Origin: Clostridia bacterium
GTDB lineage: Bacteria > Bacillota > Clostridia > Christensenellales > Aristaeellaceae
NCBI GenBank assembly: GCA_030526225.1
Contig: JAUNDF010000024.1
Coordinates: forward strand, 18,325 to 28,871
Reading direction: 5' to 3'
Length of the DNA: 10,547 bases
Of this stretch, positions 7,286 through 10,547 are shown one piece after another (the first letter of the stretch is position 1; every line of letters starts with the position of its first letter). The translations under genes and the position numbers were made by a program. A model generated the notes under the pieces. That model ran no database searches and had not been told where the DNA came from. It saw nothing but the letters and a program-made list of their open reading frames with translations.

Positions 7286-7468
7286 ATCCGTCCCTTACGA
7301 GACCTCTTCCGCGCCTTCGGGGCACCTTCCCCAGAGGGGAAGGTTTTCCGCACTTGTCTATAATGTCCGCAATGACAACCATATGCGCACAGGAATATTA
7401 ACTTTCCCCGCTGGGGAAGGTGGCTGAGCGCAGCGAAGTCGGAAGAGGTCTTCGGAGCAAGCACGGAT
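7286..7468. repeat. composite inverted-repeat element (REP/MITE-like): two diverged inverted copies of a 60-70-nt module flanking a 54-nt AT-richer core
   Basis: The left arm is 7286-7345, and the right arm is 7400-7468 when reverse-complemented. Shared blocks are ATCCGT, GACCTCTTCCG, CTTCG, CACCTTCCCCAG, GGGGAA and GTT, interrupted by indels. Each arm also holds its own hairpin: ACCTTCCCC-AGA-GGGGAAGGT (7324-7344) and CTTTCCCC-GCT-GGGGAAGG (7402-7420). Confidence 0.65.
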
Positions 7469-7549
7469 TTCTCATCTTTTTAAGGTATTCAATCAACAAA
7501 ATTTCTGAAGTATCCACCGAAGAAGCAAAAAGTAGGCAAGGTGAAAAGC

Positions 7550-7819
7550 ATGGCAGATTATGATGTTAAAGAGTATCAGAAGGACTACCACAAGAAAAAG
7601 GTTCGCCACTACTCAATGAGCATGAGCGTGGACAACGAAGCGAACATGATTGATTGGGTTGACAACGTTGGTTCGTTTTCTTTGTATGTAAAAAAGCTGA
7701 TTGCCGAAGATATGAAGCGCAATGGAATTGAGCCTCCGGAAATCAAAGACCGAAGAGTATCTACTGGAAAATATAAGAACTGGCGTAAACAGAAGAGTGA
7801 AGATAAAGACACCGATTGA
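7550..7819 (+). CDS. small (89 aa) predicted ribbon-helix-helix DNA-binding protein; low-GC orphan
   Basis: The ATG at 7550 has AAGGTGA 5 nt upstream, which I prefer to the track's GTG at 7541. The sequence KKKVRHYSMSMSVDNEANMIDWVDNVGSFSLYVKKLIAEDMKRNG fits a beta-strand / helix / G-x-S / helix RHH pattern, followed by a charged tail. The TGA stop is embedded in a terminator hairpin. My hand count gives about 41% GC, against roughly 55-60% in sampled flanks. Confidence 0.6.
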   Translation: MADYDVKEYQKDYHKKKVRHYSMSMSVDNEANMIDWVDNVGSFSLYVKKLIAEDMKRNGIEPPEIKDRRVSTGKYKNWRKQKSEDKDTD

Positions 7820-7840
7820 TTCGGTGTCTTTGTCTTTATA
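7805..7840. terminator. bidirectional terminator shared by the convergent RHH and hydrolase genes
   Basis: Stem AAAGACACCGA (7805-7815) / TCGGTGTCTTT (7821-7831) with loop TTGAT. It is T-rich on the + side (GTCTTTATATAT) and lies 16 nt beyond the hydrolase TAA (7850-7848) on the - side. Confidence 0.7.
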
Positions 7841-7847
7841 TATGCTA

Positions 7848-8960
7848 TTATTCCGCTTCCAAACCAAACCGGAAGGACATGCGGGCCTCCAGCGGGGTGA
7901 CATACAGCTGCTTGTTTTTGCAATCATACACGGTGGTGTACACAGTCTGCCACAGTGCCTTGTTGGGCTTGTTTTCGGCGTACATCTCCATCACATGCTC
8001 GATGCGCTCGGCAAACTTGCCGCCGTTCTTCGCATCGCCCTGCAGATTGGCGGGACCGAAGTCATCCTTGGTCAGGTCGTTGAAGCACAAATCGGAATAC
8101 CAGAAATTGTCGCTGGTCAGGTCATAGGCGTTGGTGTAGTAGACCTTGCGCATCAGGTCCAGCATGCCGCGGGGAGAATTGCCCTGGGCAAAGTGACGAT
8201 GCAGCAGCTGCCAGCGCTCATAGCCCATGGGGCGCTTTGTGGCGGAAGCCAGCGTGCCGTCAAAGCCGGTGAGGTGGAAGTTGGTCATGACCGGCTTGTT
8301 ATCCACAAATTCGCCCTTGTTGTAATCAATCACATTCAGACCATAGTGCATGTTTTCGTCGGGAATCAGCTCCACCACTACGGTGTTGAAGGTATCATCC
8401 GCGGCACTCTGCTTGCCGGAAATCATGTAGTGTGCCTCGCAGAAGGTTCCCACGGTGCCCAGATCCAGGCTGCCGATGAGGGCAACAGCTTCCTCAATGG
8501 TGCCGCAGCTGTCCAGCACCAGACGGGGTACCAGCGTGGGAGACACCATCTTTTCCGGATCCCGGGGCACAGGCTTGCCCAGCTCGCCGTAATTGACCAC
8601 GTTGATGTTGATGCACAGCCCTTCATCGTTGATGCCATCGGCGGTAAGATAGGGGAAGATGTGGCCCAGCTCATCGGGCATACCCGCCGTGGAGAGAATC
8701 TCGGGGGTCAGCATGTTGGCGGCAGAGACACCCACGCTGCCGTGGCGGCCCTTGTCATTGGCAGGCACATGCACCACGCACACGGGCGGATCCTCCAGAT
8801 ACCAGTCGTTGTTTCTGCCGCGGATGTATCCGTTCTGCACGCAGGAACAGCCCACGTTGCTGATGGCGGTCCGCAGATAAGCGTCCATCACCGGACGGTA
8901 CTGCTCATAATCATCACAGGTCAGCTCAAAGAGAAAATTGCTGATGCGCTTTGCTTCCAT
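7848..8960 (-). CDS. Ntn-hydrolase, choloylglycine hydrolase / penicillin V acylase-like (linear amide C-N hydrolase family)
   Basis: 370-aa ORF. Motifs recalled for this family include G-C(38)-SCVQNGYIRGRNNDW (nucleophile Cys followed by GRNxDW). Others are ADGINDEGLCININ (compare GMNEKGL), LVPRLVLDSCGTIEEAVALI (compare the substrate-loop/TVxE region) and PVMTNFH (compare the conserved TN). There is no signal peptide. The putative RBS AAGGA is 14 nt from the ATG, which is long, so the exact start is less certain. Stop is TAA. Confidence 0.65.
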   Translation of the reverse strand: MEAKRISNFLFELTCDDYEQYRPVMDAYLRTAISNVGCSCVQNGYIRGRNNDWYLEDPPVCVVHVPANDKGRHGSVGVSAANMLTPEILSTAGMPDELGHIFPYLTADGINDEGLCININVVNYGELGKPVPRDPEKMVSPTLVPRLVLDSCGTIEEAVALIGSLDLGTVGTFCEAHYMISGKQSAADDTFNTVVVELIPDENMHYGLNVIDYNKGEFVDNKPVMTNFHLTGFDGTLASATKRPMGYERWQLLHRHFAQGNSPRGMLDLMRKVYYTNAYDLTSDNFWYSDLCFNDLTKDDFGPANLQGDAKNGGKFAERIEHVMEMYAENKPNKALWQTVYTTVYDCKNKQLYVTPLEARMSFRFGLEAE

Positions 8961-9004
8961 AATTTGTCAGTAATTCCTTTCTTTTGGGAATCGGTCTTTG
9001 TTTT

Positions 9005-9033
9005 ATTATACACCGCCAAAGTCTATCCGTCAA
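9005..9033 (-). promoter_or_regulatory. near-consensus promoter for the Ntn-hydrolase gene
   Basis: The reverse strand reads TTGACG (9033-9028), a 17-nt spacer, then TATAAT (9010-9005). It lies about 45 nt upstream of ATG 8960 and directly downstream of the permease terminator. Confidence 0.6.
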
Positions 9034-9041
9034 TCAGGCCA

Positions 9042-9080
9042 TACAGAAAAGCGCCCCGCGGCATCATTCCGTAGGGCGCG
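9042..9080 (-). terminator. rho-independent terminator after the purine permease gene
   Basis: The reverse strand reads GCGCCCTACGG-AATGATG-CCGCGGGGCGC (9079-9051), a GC-rich stem with a 2-nt internal mismatch. It is followed by TTTTCTGTAT. The + strand also shows a T-run (ATTTTTTGTTTGTTTT), so it looks bidirectional. Confidence 0.7.
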
Positions 9081-9107
9081 ATTTTTTGTTTGTTTTCACC
9101 GAAGCGA

Positions 9108-10547
9108 TTACAGAGCCAGGAAGAACTTGACCAGGAACAGCAGGGAGATGGCATAGGTCAGGGCAGAAACCTCCTTGGCCTTGCCGTTGATGACCTTTAG
9201 CACCGTGCAGGCAATCAGGCCGATGCCGATGCCGTGGCCGATGGAGCCGGAAATGGGCATGGCGATGAGCATCAGGGTGACGGGCAGCAGCTGCTCCATG
9301 TCGGAGAAGTCAACCTTCTTCAGGCCCATCATCATCAGCACGCCTACATAAATCAGCGCGGAGGAGGTGGCGGCGGCGGGAATCACAGCAGCCAGGGGTG
9401 CGATGAACATGCAGGCCAGGAACATGATGCCGGTGACCAGAGCGGTCAGGCCGGTGCGGCCGCCGGCTTCCACGCCGGAGGCGGATTCCACGAAGGTGGT
9501 AACGGTAGAGGTGCCGGTGCAGGCGCCTGCCACAGTGCCGATGGCGTCGGACAGGAGGGCTTCCTTCATGTTGGGCATATTGCCGTTTTCATCAATCATG
9601 CCGGCGCGGGAAGCGGTGCCCACCAGGGTGCCGATGGTATCGAACATGTCGATGATGCAGAAGGTAATCACCAGGGTGATGATGGTAAACCAGCCGATGG
9701 ACACGAAGCCTGCGAAGTTGAACTTGAACAGGGTGGTTTCGGCCATATCAGCGAAGGGAGGCAGGAAGGAAGCGGTCTTCAGGCTCTCGAAGGGATTGAC
9801 GTGCAGGAAGAGGAAGGAGCCTGCCCAGTACACCACGGAGGCAATCAGCATGCCGTAGAGCACGGAGCCCTTTACCTTGCGGCGATCCATGAACATGATG
9901 GCGAACAGGCCGATGAACATGGTGACCACATACAGCACCATGGTGGCATAGCCGTCACCGCCCATGGCGGTCTTCAGGGTGGCGGGGGTCAGCGCGCCGA
10001 AGAAATCGCGCATCACATAGAAAGGAGCGGAGAAGCCATTGCCGGCGGCATACACGCCTGCGTTGGAGCCCAGACCGATGTTGAGCAGCATCAGGCCGAT
10101 GGCGGGAGAGATGCCGATGCGGATGGGCAGCGGAATGGCGTTGACAATCTTCTCACGCACATTCAGCACAGACAGGATGATGAAGATGATGCCCTCGATG
10201 AGGATAATCACCAGCGCGGCCTGGAAGGAGGCCACATAGCTCATGCCGGTCAGGCCCACAATGTTGGCCACAACCACAGCAAAGAAGCTGTTCAGGCCCA
10301 TGCCGGGAGCCAGCGCGAAGGGCTTGTTGGCCAGGAATGCCATGGCGAACATGCCGAAGGCAGAAGCAATGCAGGTGGCCATGAAAACGCCGTTCCACAG
10401 CGCCTTGCCCTCTGCACCGAAGCCGGTGAGCAGGTTGGGATTGAGGGCGATGATGTATGCCATGGTCATGAATGTGGTCAGACCGGCAACAATCTCCGTC
10501 TTCACGGTGGTGTTGTGTTCTTTGAGATGGAACAATTTTTCAAACAT
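9108..10547 (-). CDS. NCS2-family purine permease, AzgA/PbuG/PbuO type (adenine/guanine/hypoxanthine transporter)
   Basis: 479-aa polytopic membrane ORF. The N-terminus MFEKLFHLKEHNTTVKTEIVAGLTTFMTMAYIIALNPNLL and the motifs ALAPGMGLNSFF and REKIVNAIP closely resemble recalled PbuG/PbuO/AdeP sequences. The ATG is the last three bases of the window, so the CDS appears complete but its leader is outside the window. Stop is TAA. Confidence 0.9.
   Translation of the reverse strand: MFEKLFHLKEHNTTVKTEIVAGLTTFMTMAYIIALNPNLLTGFGAEGKALWNGVFMATCIASAFGMFAMAFLANKPFALAPGMGLNSFFAVVVANIVGLTGMSYVASFQAALVIILIEGIIFIILSVLNVREKIVNAIPLPIRIGISPAIGLMLLNIGLGSNAGVYAAGNGFSAPFYVMRDFFGALTPATLKTAMGGDGYATMVLYVVTMFIGLFAIMFMDRRKVKGSVLYGMLIASVVYWAGSFLFLHVNPFESLKTASFLPPFADMAETTLFKFNFAGFVSIGWFTIITLVITFCIIDMFDTIGTLVGTASRAGMIDENGNMPNMKEALLSDAIGTVAGACTGTSTVTTFVESASGVEAGGRTGLTALVTGIMFLACMFIAPLAAVIPAAATSSALIYVGVLMMMGLKKVDFSDMEQLLPVTLMLIAMPISGSIGHGIGIGLIACTVLKVINGKAKEVSALTYAISLLFLVKFFLAL

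Noticed and set aside
7363-7401. 12-codon mini-ORF (MSAMTTICAQEY) in the core of the inverted-repeat element
   Set aside because: It has no Shine-Dalgarno, its ATG overlaps the TATAAT box, and it is too short to evaluate. I treat it as chance.
7550-7819. RHH gene as the antitoxin of a toxin-antitoxin pair
   Set aside because: There is no adjacent co-directional small ORF that could be a toxin. The downstream gene is convergent and is a 370-aa hydrolase, and the upstream sequence is a repeat element. Only an orphan or remnant interpretation is supportable.
7722-9074. 450-aa + strand ORF antisense to the Ntn-hydrolase gene, running through the terminator and promoter regions
   Set aside because: It crosses the bidirectional terminator hairpin and the hydrolase promoter, has no RBS and yields a low-complexity product. 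The - strand gene carries the family motifs.
10400-10547. Purine riboswitch or leader upstream of the permease
   Set aside because: The window ends exactly at the permease start codon, so the leader is not in view and nothing can be claimed.

Overview
This is a chromosomal segment from a high-GC3, Gram-positive-type anaerobe. The Clostridia/Oscillospiraceae-like assignment is my inference from protein style and codon bias only. I found no rRNA, tRNA, CRISPR array, transposase or integrase.

Layout, left to right:
(1) A same-strand (-) array of four secreted cell-wall-binding proteins. These are a partial SH3b protein (1-326), a 2x SH3b protein (519-1469), a lipoprotein with six PG_binding_1-like repeats and no enzyme domain (1524-3668), and a protein with four PG_binding_1-like repeats plus an unassigned C-terminal module (3867-5411).
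(2) An AT-rich divergent promoter region (5412-5662).
(3) A monocistronic cofactor-independent phosphoglycerate mutase gene (gpmI, 5663-7237) with a strong terminator hairpin.
(4) A 183-nt composite inverted-repeat element (7286-7468).
(5) A compositionally foreign small gene of about 41% GC, predicted to encode a ribbon-helix-helix protein (7550-7819).
(6) A convergent Ntn-hydrolase gene of the choloylglycine hydrolase/penicillin V acylase type, with its own consensus promoter (7848-8960).
(7) An AzgA/PbuG-type purine permease gene (9108-10547).

Most notable observations:
- An in-frame TAG in the 4x PG-binding gene is followed by 29 more coding-like codons.
- That gene's C-terminal module is unassigned and rich in His/Asp/Cys motifs.
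- The six-repeat lipoprotein has no enzyme domain.
- The inverted-repeat element lies next to the low-GC orphan RHH gene.

All domain calls are by-eye motif recognition. No database search was possible. The long antisense ORFs in the track are rejected as GC3 shadow ORFs.
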